From contig CM060734.1 of NCBI GenBank assembly GCA_030704615.1, forward strand, positions 37,324,001 through 37,388,000: a stretch of DNA of 64,000 nucleotides, given 5' to 3'. A program made the position numbers and the translations under genes. How positions within the stretch are numbered: the first letter of the stretch is position 1; each line of letters opens with the position of its first letter. This DNA comes from Takakia lepidozioides (lineage: Eukaryota; Plantae; Bryophyta). The notes beneath the pieces were generated by a model, which worked only from the letters and a program-made list of their open reading frames with translations, did no database searches and was not told the DNA's origin. Of the stretch, positions 1 to 11,665 are shown one piece after another.

Positions 1-2074
1 CCCCCCAACACATGCATCTTAATGAACTGGTTACAAATGTCTTCTGAGTGTCAAGTTGTGTGTGGTCAGTTGCAAATGGTCTTTGGCGCCCTCCACAAAA
101 GTGTATTGAGGTTATAGGTCATACAGAAGAATTAACAGCTGTGACAATTTGGACAACTAACATGAAAATGTGTTCCCATCTGAACAAATCAGTGCTAAAT
201 GTCTCTGGCTCCTTGCTTGTTTCAGAGAGTCTGGACACGCCAGTTATGCGGGCGATTGCTAACCGGGATTGGCGGTTTAGCAAGTATGTGCCACCCGGGC
301 TTTTGGTGTATGCATTGCGTTCGGTTGAGGTTGTAGGAATTTTGCTGAAGGAAGCTGTGCGCTTGTTCATGGGTGGCCAGCCTATGGATGTGAGCCTTCC
401 CCCTGAAATCATCTCTGGAGAGCTATAAGTGTTGTACATATGTTTATTTCAATACTTCAGTATGTTCTGGCATACTGTATCCCTGAAGGTAGTAGTTTGC
501 TAAGGGCCCCACTTACAGTTAGACAACCCAATAGTCTAAATGAAAATCTAGCCCCACTTGTAATCAGTGCATACAGGTTAAACTAGCTAATGGAAGCACT
601 AACTCGAGGATAGCCTCTTTTAATTTTCATTAAAGATTGAGTCATGTGGTTTTTCTAGGGCGCTCATCTTTCTTGCATTTTGGCCTTTTTTTTGCACTTT
701 CCATTTTTCCTACTTTCTTGTGACTGAGTGTTGTTCATTTTAGCATGGAGAAGGAACTAACACTGACATTACCAGCCTCCCTACCACATAGGTGTTGAGC
801 AGATGTGGATGCTCTTGCCATATCCACATCATGTTCAGCGATATGCCCCAAGCCAGCAAGCAGCTCACACCTCCTTGAAAACCCTCTTGCTCATGCCTCC
901 GAACCCTCCTTACTGCTCAAATTCTTGGCCCTTCCTCACCCTCTCAATCCCGGTCTCATCTCCTCTCCTCTCCCTCATAGTGGAAGCTCACCTGTTTCTA
1001 GTACTTAGTTTAGTGTAGTCTAACTATTGGGTGCCTAATGGCAAGTGCACCCACCCCACCCTCCTTAAATAAGCTGCATGGTATTAATCACCAACTTATT
1101 AGAGTGGCTGAGAAAGTTGAGCATAAGTCACATTGATGGAGATTTTTAAGCAATGGGGCAAGCAGTTAACACTTGGTCACACATAGTTTAGAGCTGGGAA
1201 GAAAAAGAGATGGAAAACAGTTTATCAGGGCAACCTAAAACAGTGTTCATGCTGCAGGCGCCCTACCCTCTTAAAATAGGAGTTGTCGCCGCCCTAATGA
1301 GGTTTAAGAGACTGCAGAATTAGTAAGAGATGGTCTCTTCTAGTTGTGCATGCGGACATGGTATTTCACACATTAGTTTCAAATCCATTCAGTGGATTGT
1401 AAGTGAGAGCAAGAGATAAACTTACAGCAATACCTTATTGATAATACACGTGGTCAAAAGCACCAAATGCACCATGCAGATAGAAGATGAAATGGTAACT
1501 GAGAGGTGGGCAAGCTCATTCCAGGTCCCTATGTAGAGTATGTAGCATTCATAATCTCTATAGCTGGCCTGAAGGCTTAATATCATAATGCTAGCAAACT
1601 AGCTAACCATCCAATTTTTCTTCCAGAATCATGATAGTCGGTGTCCAGTTATTGAAACTTGTTACACAGTGACCCAGAGCAGTACTTAGTAATAGATGAA
1701 GACATGAACTTGCTAGACATGTTAATTTGATGGGGGTCTAGGGGGCAAAGAAGGGAAAAAGAATCTTGGGATGAATCTCATGTTATATATCCAGGTCAGT
1801 TAGATTAATCTCTGCAAGGGATAGCTGCATCTGCTTCCTCAACTAATTTGTGGACTCACTCTTCATTTGACTTCCTTCTTGCTTTGAAAGCTCAACTTTG
1901 CATATCTAATCGTAGTAGTATGCAGGCCAAGGGACAGCAAAACAACAAATCATTCCTTGCACAATAGGAGAAGTAGACAGCTAGTAGCTTATTAAGATCC
2001 TAGCGTAAATCTCTTTGTTCTCCTAAATATCCTATGCACTTGTATGTTGTACACACTGCTCGTTCACTGGTCAA

Positions 2075-2530
2075 AATCATAGACAGATCACTCGGTGATA
2101 GTGATAGTGAGTGATCTGCATATAGATGTAGATAAACGAGTTACAACTAGCAAACTTTGAAAAAATTGAAATCTTAAGTTCTACGTCAAGAACTCACCAA
2201 CATAAGCTCGATCCTTCTCCCCACTGCATACAGAGAGAGAGAAATTATTTAGCCTGGAGATGAGAAAGAGACATGTGCGGTCGAGAGGAGGGTGTCCGCA
2301 GGCGCCGCCTAAGGCTTTTGCGGGGCAATCGATCCGCGACCGCAGTTTGCTCATATATTAATGCTATCCTACGGTCACGAGCTTCTTCAGGGTATCCTAT
2401 TTTGGGAATTCTCTCTTACTGTTTTAAAATAGACATTATTATTATTATTATTATTATTAAAAAACAGGGGTAACGGTTATTTCGAATTGTAGGTAATTTT
2501 TGTGACTCTCTACTTCAATATTTTCTTTGT
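2075..2530 (-). repeat. Conserved divergent exon-like module upstream of AP2-like copy 1 (homologues 7315-7700 and 27100-27525)
   Basis: TAGCCTGGAGATGAGAAAGAGAC...GGCTTTTGCGGGC.AT.GATCC...T.TCCTACGGTC.CGAG is present upstream of all three copies. On the strand opposite the AP2 gene it ends in a donor-like TG|GTGAGT (GTCAGT in copy 3). Confidence 0.7.
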
Positions 2531-2734
2531 ATTTTTGTTGGAAGCTGTTTGTAGTTGTGATATTCACAGAATCTCAAGAAAGGGCATTGAGAGTAAGAGG
2601 AGTCAATTATCCGAAGGATTAAAATATTAATTAATAGGTTTGTAAAGTTCTTTAATGAATAATTGTTTTTCCTCGAGTCATTTTTGAGAATCTGGTCTTT
2701 TCCGAAAAACAAAACGATAAAATAAAATAATTGA

Positions 2735-2895
2735 ACTACCAAAATAGTAAAGCTGTTGAACGGAAGCCGATCGAAAGGAAATAGCATATGCTCAAACAGA
2801 CGTTACAAACGTTAAGCGCGCAGTTCGCGGAATTGAACGAAGTAGTCTCGGTATGTCCCCTCGAGGCTCGAGTGTCCCTCCCAATATAAGGACCT
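2735..2895 (+). promoter_or_regulatory. Conserved proximal promoter of AP2-like copy 1 (homologues at ~8635-8770 and ~26420-26590 on -)
   Basis: Block ACCAAAATAGTAAAGCTG..GAA..GAAATAG.ATAT followed by CCAATATAAGGACCTG (TATA-like at ~2885), about 150 nt upstream of the ATG. It is conserved in all three copies while flanking AT-rich DNA diverges. Confidence 0.5.
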
Positions 2896-3039
2896 GAGCT
2901 CTGCTGTTGCAGGGATGGGCAGTCTTTTGCAGGTTGTGCATGGGCGTAGGAGTGTGGGTGCGCTTTTGGATTTTCGGTGGTGAATCTGAACTGGTTCCTG
3001 CTGCGGCCGCTCTGTACTTGTTGCCTACAAGGTGGAAGC

Positions 3040-4690
3040 ATGCCGTAAGTGATCCTAGTGCTTTCTACATGAATTGCAAGAGTACTTCAGGGACGGTTTG
3101 AGCTGTAGCTAATGTAAGCTTCTTTTTGGTTGTCTTAACAGCCCAGAAAACTCTATGTTGTAGTTGTCTCAGCTTCTCCTTCTGATAAGTATTATCGTAG
3201 TTGTGATTTCATTTTTTAGCTGATGATCGGCTGGTTAATGAGAGATGCACCTTATGTACGGTTCTAAGTTATGGCTGTCCTATTATAAGCATGTGTGCAG
3301 TCGTAAGGGAAATGTTTCTACGGCGGCGTCAACATCTAGCGGCCTGGTGGTTGACAATGTCGATCAGGCCGAGGAATCAGTCTACTATAACATTTCCCAA
3401 TACAAAACAACAAAGAAATGGGGTGCATGGTTGAGGCAAGTAATTTGTCTGATGTCTTTGCAAAATGCCCAGGAGAAAATCAGATCCTAGTACAGGATAG
3501 TCATCTAGGTCGATTATGCTGCTTGATGGATAGGTTTGGAGACTTAATGAGTGGATTTGCTGATCAGTCACACTCTCTATATATTATACACTCATTATAC
3601 ATGCTAACCAGTTGTGTATGTTTTTCTGTGTGCTGTTCGGGCTGCAGTCACGGAAACAAGCGTCATTACATTGGTAAGCTCCTTTCTTCTAAGCTTCTTT
3701 CACCAAGTTAGATCAATTTTTTTGTGAAAATGGGCCTGATATTTATATTTCTATCTATGTGTACACAAACTTCCTTTCCTTGATAGAGCTTGCCTGAATT
3801 TTAACCAATGAAATTGGTGGGGAAATACAGGATCTTGGGATGACCAAGAGCTTGCAGCAAGGTAATTACACCCTGACTTCAAGTTTCATTGGCTACAATT
3901 TTTCTTCCATCTTGACTTGGTTTACTGACCGAAGATCAGGCAAACCAGGAACCCCCAGTAACTAATTCTTTAATGCACATGTCTATCTTGCAGAGCACAG
4001 GACAGGGCAGCTCTCAAATTGAAGGGACCAGAAACCAAAACCATCTTCAATCCCCGTGATTACAAAGATGATAAAAAACTTGTAAGCTTGCACATACATT
4101 CACCCAGTTCAAGGATCAGTTTGGAATCTTCTACAGATGTATCCACCATTTGAAGCTCATGCAGTCTGCAAATCTGTAGCAAATCTAGGTAGGTGACTCC
4201 TGTGTATTGCTACTTTCGTGCAGTGGGCCATAATGGGAGACACTGCCTTTGTGGAGATGCTCGTAGGCGAGAGCAGGAACTACTATAACCCAACCCCCAA
4301 GTCCAAATGTAAGTGCATCCACATGCTTGGACCAAGAGAATCCAGTTTTACAATCTACTTAATGTATAGTCCTTTTTTATACTATAGCATGTTCTAATCC
4401 TGAAAATTCTTCTCATCCTATTGTCAGGTTTGATACGGATCCTCCAGAGAAGAAGTGAGATGGGGGCTGCCCCGGTGGACGTGGAACCTGCACCTCAAGA
4501 CTCTAAAGTGCAGGGATTGGAGATCGACCAAGACGAAGACTCAGAAAAATCTCTGGAATGTGTCATGCTGAGAGACTTCAGGAAGGGTGAGGGAGCTTCG
4601 TTCTCCTCTATCCCCCGCCGGCCCCGCACTCCACTGCATGTATGCGACCTGCCAATCTGCACTCACGTCGTCAAACCAAGCGTAGGTTAA
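3040..4690 (+). CDS. Divergent single-AP2-domain transcription-factor-like protein, copy 1 (7 exons, 210 aa)
   Basis: Hand-spliced exons 3040-3044, 3301-3435, 3648-3673 (26 nt), 3831-3861 (31 nt), 3994-4081 (88 nt), 4224-4308 (85 nt), 4428-4690. Phases join into one open frame: MPRKGN...SVYYNISQYKTTKKWGAWLSHGNKRHYIGSWDDQELAARAQDRAALKLKGPETKTIFNPRDYKDDKKL-WAIMGDTAFVEMLVGES... This aligns with the AP2 consensus (Y..WLG.F...E.AARAYDRAA.K.RG..A..NF). Intron 2 needs a GC donor at 3436. Confidence 0.88.
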
Positions 4691-6179
4691 CGCGCATCGC
4701 AGTGAATAAATTAGACCAATATTAGTTATTTGTTGGCCGTGCCTTCTTATAGGCAGGCAGGACTATTTCAGGAGTCTCCAGGTTTGAGAAATTTTCACGA
4801 AGCCATTCAATGGACAGATGCTGGATGAAGTATATGGATGAATTCAGTAAATGAAGTGTGTAGATGAAGTCTGTGGACGAAGTTCTCGGTTTTCATTCAC
4901 ATTCCCATACTGACCACAAATAGTTTCCACTTAAGACATGTGTAGATTGAATATTTCATCCATATAGATGAAATGCGTAAATAGGATGTAGTTCATCCGG
5001 TCAAGTTGGTGCATGTGGTCAAGATATACCTTGTTCAGTAATGTGCCAATTTAGGGTTCCATCCAGCACGAACGAAGGTGCCACCTAGATTAGTGTGTGG
5101 AATTTGGGATCACTTTAAAACCAGCTGCTAATTATTTATACAACAAGGCAGGGCTTCCATAATTTCCATCCATTTGTTATCTCCCTTCTTTAATTTTCTT
5201 GGGTCAATAGCATAGTTAATTAAGTTTAATCTAAGTTGTCAGGGTGTGTGTGCAGTGTATATGCGCAGAGGAATGCTTGAGGAATAACGGTCTCATTTCT
5301 CGTGTAAATATGAATGGAGGATGAATGTGGCCCACTTTGAAGATGATAGTGTAGTCTGTCCATTAATGTGTGAGGATTGCCTCTGGACACATACTGTAGA
5401 AAGGTAATTGAAAGTACAGGCACAGATAAGCACATATTAACGACAATTGGATTGAATAATCATGTGCTGGACATGACCAGTATCAGTTACTTCCCATCCA
5501 GCCAGTTACAAATGAACTCGCAATCAAAGTCAGGACAGTGACAATACGAATGCAAGTGCACATTAACATATTTGAGAAATTCTGCGACCCGGTGCATTTT
5601 TTGGAGCAATGGTAACTTCTTTGAACGTTGAGTGCCATATTCTGGAGGCGATGGGGCGAATCAAGAGTCCTTTTTATCCGTGGCTTATTTCTCTCCCTCA
5701 ATCTTCCGGAAGTCGACTCGTGCAGTAAGATGCATTCAAGACAGTTTTCTTATTACGGTACTCTTACTAACTGGTAAAATGGAACTGGTTGGAAGGCCCG
5801 CAATTGAGACTTGAGTAGCATTGAGACCATATTTGGGTAACTGCTTACCGGTTGGCGAGGACACCTAAACAATGAAGGTGTTGATAGAGGAGAGCAACTG
5901 AAAGAACGGACACGGAGATGGATAAGCCGACAGGCTGGTTTTTGTGATGGTAGTCAGGGATGAGTGACAAGCTATGACATGTACAGATGATGAATTTGAC
6001 GTTTGTCAAAGCATGGGACCTAGAGCTAGCTCTAAGGAGTTTTAATGTACTTAATGTGATAGAGTAACAGTTGATATATGTATTGGACTTTTGAGTTTAC
6101 GAACGATTCGAATGGCATAGTTATGAAACTTTTCCATAGATGCTACAGAGTGTGCACTGTGACAGAGTGTTGTTATAAA

Positions 6180-6600
6180 TGGTATCAGAGCCAAGTTAAG
6201 CAATAAAGCGGTGAAGGTTTCTTATGAGCCAACTCTCGTTTGGGTCAGAGAGTAGTTTACCCCGGCGCTTGTAGTTCCCAGCATAAGGAGTGTCAAGAAA
6301 GTCAACCTTTCTCCTTGAAGCATAAATTGAAACTTTAGGTGCTCTTATTCGTTCTGAAGCTCAAGAATTAGCATCTGGAAGGAGGAATCTACTACGACGC
6401 TACCGAGCTAGAGGTCGTTAGATGAATAGCGGAACCAAGCTAAGCTACAGTTAGATGTCAGTTCATTGGAGTTCAGGACAACAAAGATATTACTCGTGAA
6501 ATCAAATGGAGGGTGAAGCTACCGGAGTTTTTGGGTAAGTCGTCCAGCTGGCTCTCATCCAAAGTATGGAGATTCTTGAAATTTCCTTGGGCATAGATAC
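6180..6600 (+). mobile_element. Degenerate LTR-retrotransposon remnant (tRNA-Met primer-binding site plus possible gag trace)
   Basis: TGGTATCAGAGCC at 6180-6192 is the canonical tRNA-iMet PBS. Downstream GTGAAGCTACCGGAGTTT encodes a gag-like KLPEF motif. No intact ORF. Confidence 0.4.
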
Positions 6601-6905
6601 AATTCGCGGGTAGCAAGCTATATATACCTCTAATTTGGCAAAGAGACACAATGTGCTATACAGACGGAGTAGAGAAAGATTATATACGCTTTGATAGTTC
6701 CCTGATTACCTATTCTCCCCACTTCTACACTAGATGCAGCAGTCCCTTCCAGAGAATCTAACTGACTTGGTACAAATGAGATCCATCCCAATATCTCCGT
6801 GTATCTCACTCGCCCCTGCAACCAAAGAATCACTAAAATGAGTACATCTGATGTGTGAGCTGGTAAACTCAACATCATTCGTCACATAGAGACTCATATA
6901 ATAAA

Positions 6906-6997
6906 GAAATGAAATGAAATGAAATGGTGCTTTATAACGTCCGCGGAAAGCTCGTAGAGCTTATGGGACAAAATGGAAGAAAACATGAGAGAGGAAA
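6906..6997 (-). repeat. Orphan LINE-A 3' tail (further copies 15543-15584, 32946-33061, 46636-46732, 59105-59132, 61200-61302)
   Basis: Matches the LINE-A 3' end TTGTCCCATAAGCTCT...AGCTTTCCGCGGACGTTATAAAG.ACCATTTCATTTC. Confidence 0.85.
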
Positions 6998-8929
6998 ACG
7001 AAAAAATTAAACATCCGTTGGAAGCCCATCACAGATCAACAAATGAAAGTTTCCCTATCGTCTGTGGGATTCCCACAGCTTCACAGCTAGAAGCTAGAAG
7101 ACATCTTCCAGGAATGGAGAATCTCTAAGGAGACATCAGTATGGCCGCTCATACTACGTAGGCCAAGGGACAGTAAATCAATGAATCAACACAATTGAAG
7201 AACTACTCAGATCAGCTTAAGGCGAGCACAAACCTGGAGAGCTAGTAGCAACGTATTCAATTATTAGAGTCCTGGCTTAGATTTTTTCCATCTCGGTTTG
7301 TATTCATTCACTAACCATAGACAGACTCTGGATGAAAAAACTAAAATCTTATGATCTAGAGAAAAAAGAGGAACTCACCCACAAAACGTCGATCCTTCAG
7401 AGAGAGAAAAAATAGTTAGCCTGGAGATGAGAAAGAGACGTGCGAAGTTCGACAGGAGGGTGGCCGCAGCCACCGCCTAGGCTTTTGCGGGCAATTGATC
7501 CAGACCGTAGTTTGCTCAGATTTTAATGTTATCCTACGGTCACGAGATTCCTCAGGGTATCCTATTTTGGGAATCCTCTCTTTACTGTTCTAAAATAGAC
7601 ATTATTTCGAATTGTAAGTGATTTTTGAGACCCTTTAGTTAAATATTTGCTTTTTACTTTTGTTGGAAGACAGTGGTAAGTTTGTAGTTGTGATCTTCAT
7701 AGAATCTGGAAGAAAAAGTTGGAAAGGGGATTGATACTAATAAGAGAGACTCAGTAATCATGATTTATTATCGTAATTAGAATATTTTGTATCAATATTA
7801 AATAGTTAAAAAAAATCCCCTTGGGCTTGTATTTTAAAGTTAAAAAACAAACTGGTGTTCAATCATTTTATAAATCTGGGTCATGGGCCGGTGTCCCCTT
7901 CATCAGCCTCCACTGTGGCATGATATGTAAGGTTACTTTCAGTGTTGCACAGATATTTGAGCCTCACCCCCCCCCCCCCCCTTGGGAGCCCAACCTGGAA
8001 CCTGGATATGTATATGTAGATCTACCCGAGGTCAAAAAATCAAATATCCACCTCCATTAAGAACAGCCAGATATGAAGAGATGGGATAACCGAAATCCGG
8101 TTGAGAACCGGTGGTTTTTTATTTTTTTTATTTGATTTGAACTAGAACTAGTGGTCCAAAAGAAGCAGGTTATGAACTATGAACCCATATATCCGGCATT
8201 TAAAACCTGATGTTATAATCAGGATAATAGCTGGTTATTAGGGTCACTCCACATAAACTAGACAGGTGCACATATTTATAACGTCATGTTCTATGATGCA
8301 CTCCCATTTTCTGAGATTTGAATCGACACTTGCATTTTCTGTATTATCTACACTAGAAGATTTCCGAAGAGCACTTTTCTATGTTCTACCCAATAATTGT
8401 AATTACTTTTTTATTAGTATTCTGCTAAGAAAAACAGGATTTGGGTGTGTGGATCAATTATTCCCAAGCTCCCATGTCTTTCCCGTACATCATTAGTTGC
8501 CTAACGGCTTCATCGAGGTTATTTTTTCCTCGTCAATGGACTTTGGTCCCCTTCAATCCTTTAAAATAAATAAATAAATAAATAAAATCTTGTGTTTTCC
8601 AAAAAAACAAACAATAAAAAACAGAATAATGGAAGTACCAAAATAGTAAAGCTGTAGAACGGAGAACCTGTCGAACGGAAATAGCATATTCTCGAACGCA
8701 CGTTACGAACGGAGTTCTCGGGAGTGAACGCAGTTGGCTCGGGCATATCAGCGTGCCTCCCAATATAAGGACCTGCGCTGCTCTTGCAGCGATGTGCAGT
8801 CTTTCGCAGTCTTGTGCGCGCGCGCGTTGGGTTGTGAGTGCAGGATTGTGAGTGCGCTTTGGGTTCGTGGTGACTCTGAACGGGCTCCTGCTGCTGCTGC
8901 TCTGTACTTGTTGCCTACAAGGTTGAAGC

Positions 8930-10624
8930 ATGGCGCCGTAAGTGATCCTAGTGCTTGCTACGGCCTGTAATTGCAGGAGTACTGCAGGGAAAAAGGTTTT
9001 AAGCTGCAGTTAATGTAGTCTTGGTTTTTGGTCGTCTTAACAGCTCAAAAAACTCTATGTTGTTGGTTGTCTCAGCTTCTTCTTCTGGAGGATCAATATT
9101 ACCGTAGTTGTGATTTCGTAGTACCATGAGGATCAACTGATGATGGGCACCTTCTGTACAATTCTTCTTCGATAAGTTATGGCTATTCTATTATGAGCAT
9201 GTGTGCAGTCGCGGCAAACTAAGGCTTTCTAAGGCGTCAACATCTAGCGGCCTCGTGGATGGTGCTGTCGATCAGGCCTCCACGAAATCAGCCTACAAAA
9301 ACATCAGCCAATTCAAAAACTCAAAGAAATGGGGTGCATGGCTAAGGCAAGTAATTTGTTTTGATGTCTTCGCAAAATGCCTAGGAAAAAATCATGAGAT
9401 CCTAGTATATGATAGTCATCTAGCTCAATTAAGTTGCTTGATGAATAAGTTTGCAGACTTAATGAGTGGATCTTCTGATCAGTCACACTCTCCTGCACCA
9501 TCTATATTACACGCTAACCAGTTGTTTATCTTTTCCTGTTGTGCTGTTCGGGCTGCAGTCACGGGGGCAAACGTTTTTACATGGGTGAGCTCCTTTGAGC
9601 TCCTTTCCTTTAAGTTTCTTCTTACCACTAAGTTACATCAATGTTTTGCGAGAATGGGCCAGAGTTTTATATTTTAAACTATGTACATACTCATTTTCTC
9701 TGACAGATCTGGCTCAAGTTTAAACAATGAATTTTGTGGGGAAATGTAGGTTCGTGGGTTGATGAGGAGCTTGCGGTAAGGTAATTACACCCTCACTTTT
9801 AACTTTTCCTTGGCCCCAAATTTTCTTGACTTGGTGTACTGGCCCAAGAGGCAAACCCCCAGTAGCTAATCCTTTAGTGCACATGTCTATCTTGCAGAGC
9901 ACAGGACAGGGCAACTCTCAAATTGAAGGGACCAGAAGCCAAAACCATCTTCAATCCCAGTGATTACGAAGATGATAAAAAACTTGTAAGCTTGCACATA
10001 CATTCACCCAGTTGGATCAGTTTGTCCAGAATCTTCTACATTACATTTGCAGCTCATGCAGTCAAATCTACAGGTAGCAAATCTAAGTAGCTGACTCTTG
10101 TGTATATTTGAAAATTTCGTGCAGTGGCCCACAATGGGAGACACTGCTTTTGTGGATATGCTTAAAGGCGAGAGCAGGAATTGCTACAAGCCAACCCCCA
10201 AATCCAAATGTAAGTGCATCCACATCCTTGGACCAGAAGAATGCAGTTTGATCATCTATAATGCTGAGTCTTTTGTATATAGCATGTTGTAATCCTGAAA
10301 ATTCTTCTCATCCTATTGTCAGGTATGATACGTATCCTCGAGAGAAGAAGTGACATGGAGGACGCCCCCATGGCACCAAACGATCAGCTAGTCGAAACTG
10401 AACCTCAGGATCTGGAACGTTCACTGCAGGGGTCTGAGAGAGTGAGGCTCGACCAAGACGAGGACTCAGAAAGCTCTCTGGAATGTGACTATCTGCGAGA
10501 ATTCAGGGAGAGCGAGGGAGAGAACGAGGACTCAGAAAGCTCTCTGGAAACTGTCTATCTGCGAGAATGGGCAAGATTGGGCGAGAATTCAGGGAGAGTG
10601 AGGGAGAGAATTAGCCCGTATTAA
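8930..10624 (+). CDS. Divergent single-AP2-domain protein, copy 2 (7 exons, 225 aa)
   Basis: Exons 8930-8937, 9209-9346, 9559-9584 (26), 9750-9780 (31), 9898-9985 (88), 10125-10209 (85), 10323-10624. Open frame MAPRGK...SAYKNISQFKNSKKWGAWLSHGGKRFYMGSWVDEELAVRAQDRATLKLKGPEAKTIFNPSDYEDDKKL. GC donor at 9347. Confidence 0.86.
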
Positions 10625-11665
10625 AGGACTCTCAGCCTCCAAGGCTTCGGATGACATTGAGAAGTTCGAAGAAGAAGTTACCATGGTCGCTCCACTCTGG
10701 GCAGCTGCATTTGCCAGTCGAAGGAGTTGACAAGACTAAGAGGCAGTAGCTTTCAGCTCGCCCTTCGCCCTCGCTGCGACCTGCCACGTTAGTTCAGAGA
10801 ATCGCAGGGAATAATTAATGCGTCGGATGACCATTATCGCCGGTTAATAATTGTTACCCAGAGTTAATTAAGTTGAAGCTTTGTCAGCCAAACACTGATC
10901 AGTGTGTACACTGTGTGCACAGTGACCTAATGAGGAATACTTCTACTCCTTGATCAGGGAATAAGGCTCCCGAGTCCCCTTGCGACTTTCTCCCGTAATC
11001 CTTTGTACATATCAACTTTCCTGTAACCCTCTGTACAAATGAAAGTACTTGTGCAAAATTTTGAAAGGTCTGTCTTGTCTGTCTGAAACTTTTGTTCCAA
11101 TTTTGTTGCAAGCGACACGTGGACTTCATCGTCTCAATTATGCCCACCAAAGCCTGAACAAATGAATGTTGCCCAAATTTGAAGATAGTGCCTGCAGTCT
11201 GTCCATTAATGCGACTCGGATGTGTTGGGTTTGCCATAGCTGGAGCCTGGACCAATATTGTAGAAATGGACTAATGAGAGAATGTAGTCATGAGTTGTTT
11301 GGCGTAGCCTTGTGGCCACATAGACTTTGTGCCCAGTTTGGTCGGAATAAGAGGGAGGGAGGGAGAAAGATAGATTTCCATATCCGGTCCCCAACTGGGA
11401 TAACAGCCTGTTACAAATGAACTCACACCAGTAAACAATGAAAAGCTGACCAACTTTAGTTGTAATATCTAGACGGCTACAGTACAGATGTTGATGAGTA
11501 CTTCGCACATTCAAAGTCCAGATTGAGAAAAATTCTCTGGGCTCCAAACTACAGATTGAGCAGCTAATGTAACCCTGAGCCATAGTTTCTCAGTATCTCT
11601 CTCTCGATGGAAGTTCAAAGGGCATAGAATAAATGCAGAAAGAGTGTGGGAGGAGACTGATAGAT

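Noticed and set aside
48-439. Overlapping 126-aa (+) and 106-aa (-) ORFs at the window start
   Set aside because: No recognisable motifs. It could be the end of a gene or TE outside the window, but this cannot be supported here.
4428-4760. miR172 target site expected for euAP2-type genes
   Set aside because: No CTGCAGCATCATCAGGATTC-like site was seen by eye in the last exon or 3' region of any copy; a psRNATarget run would confirm.
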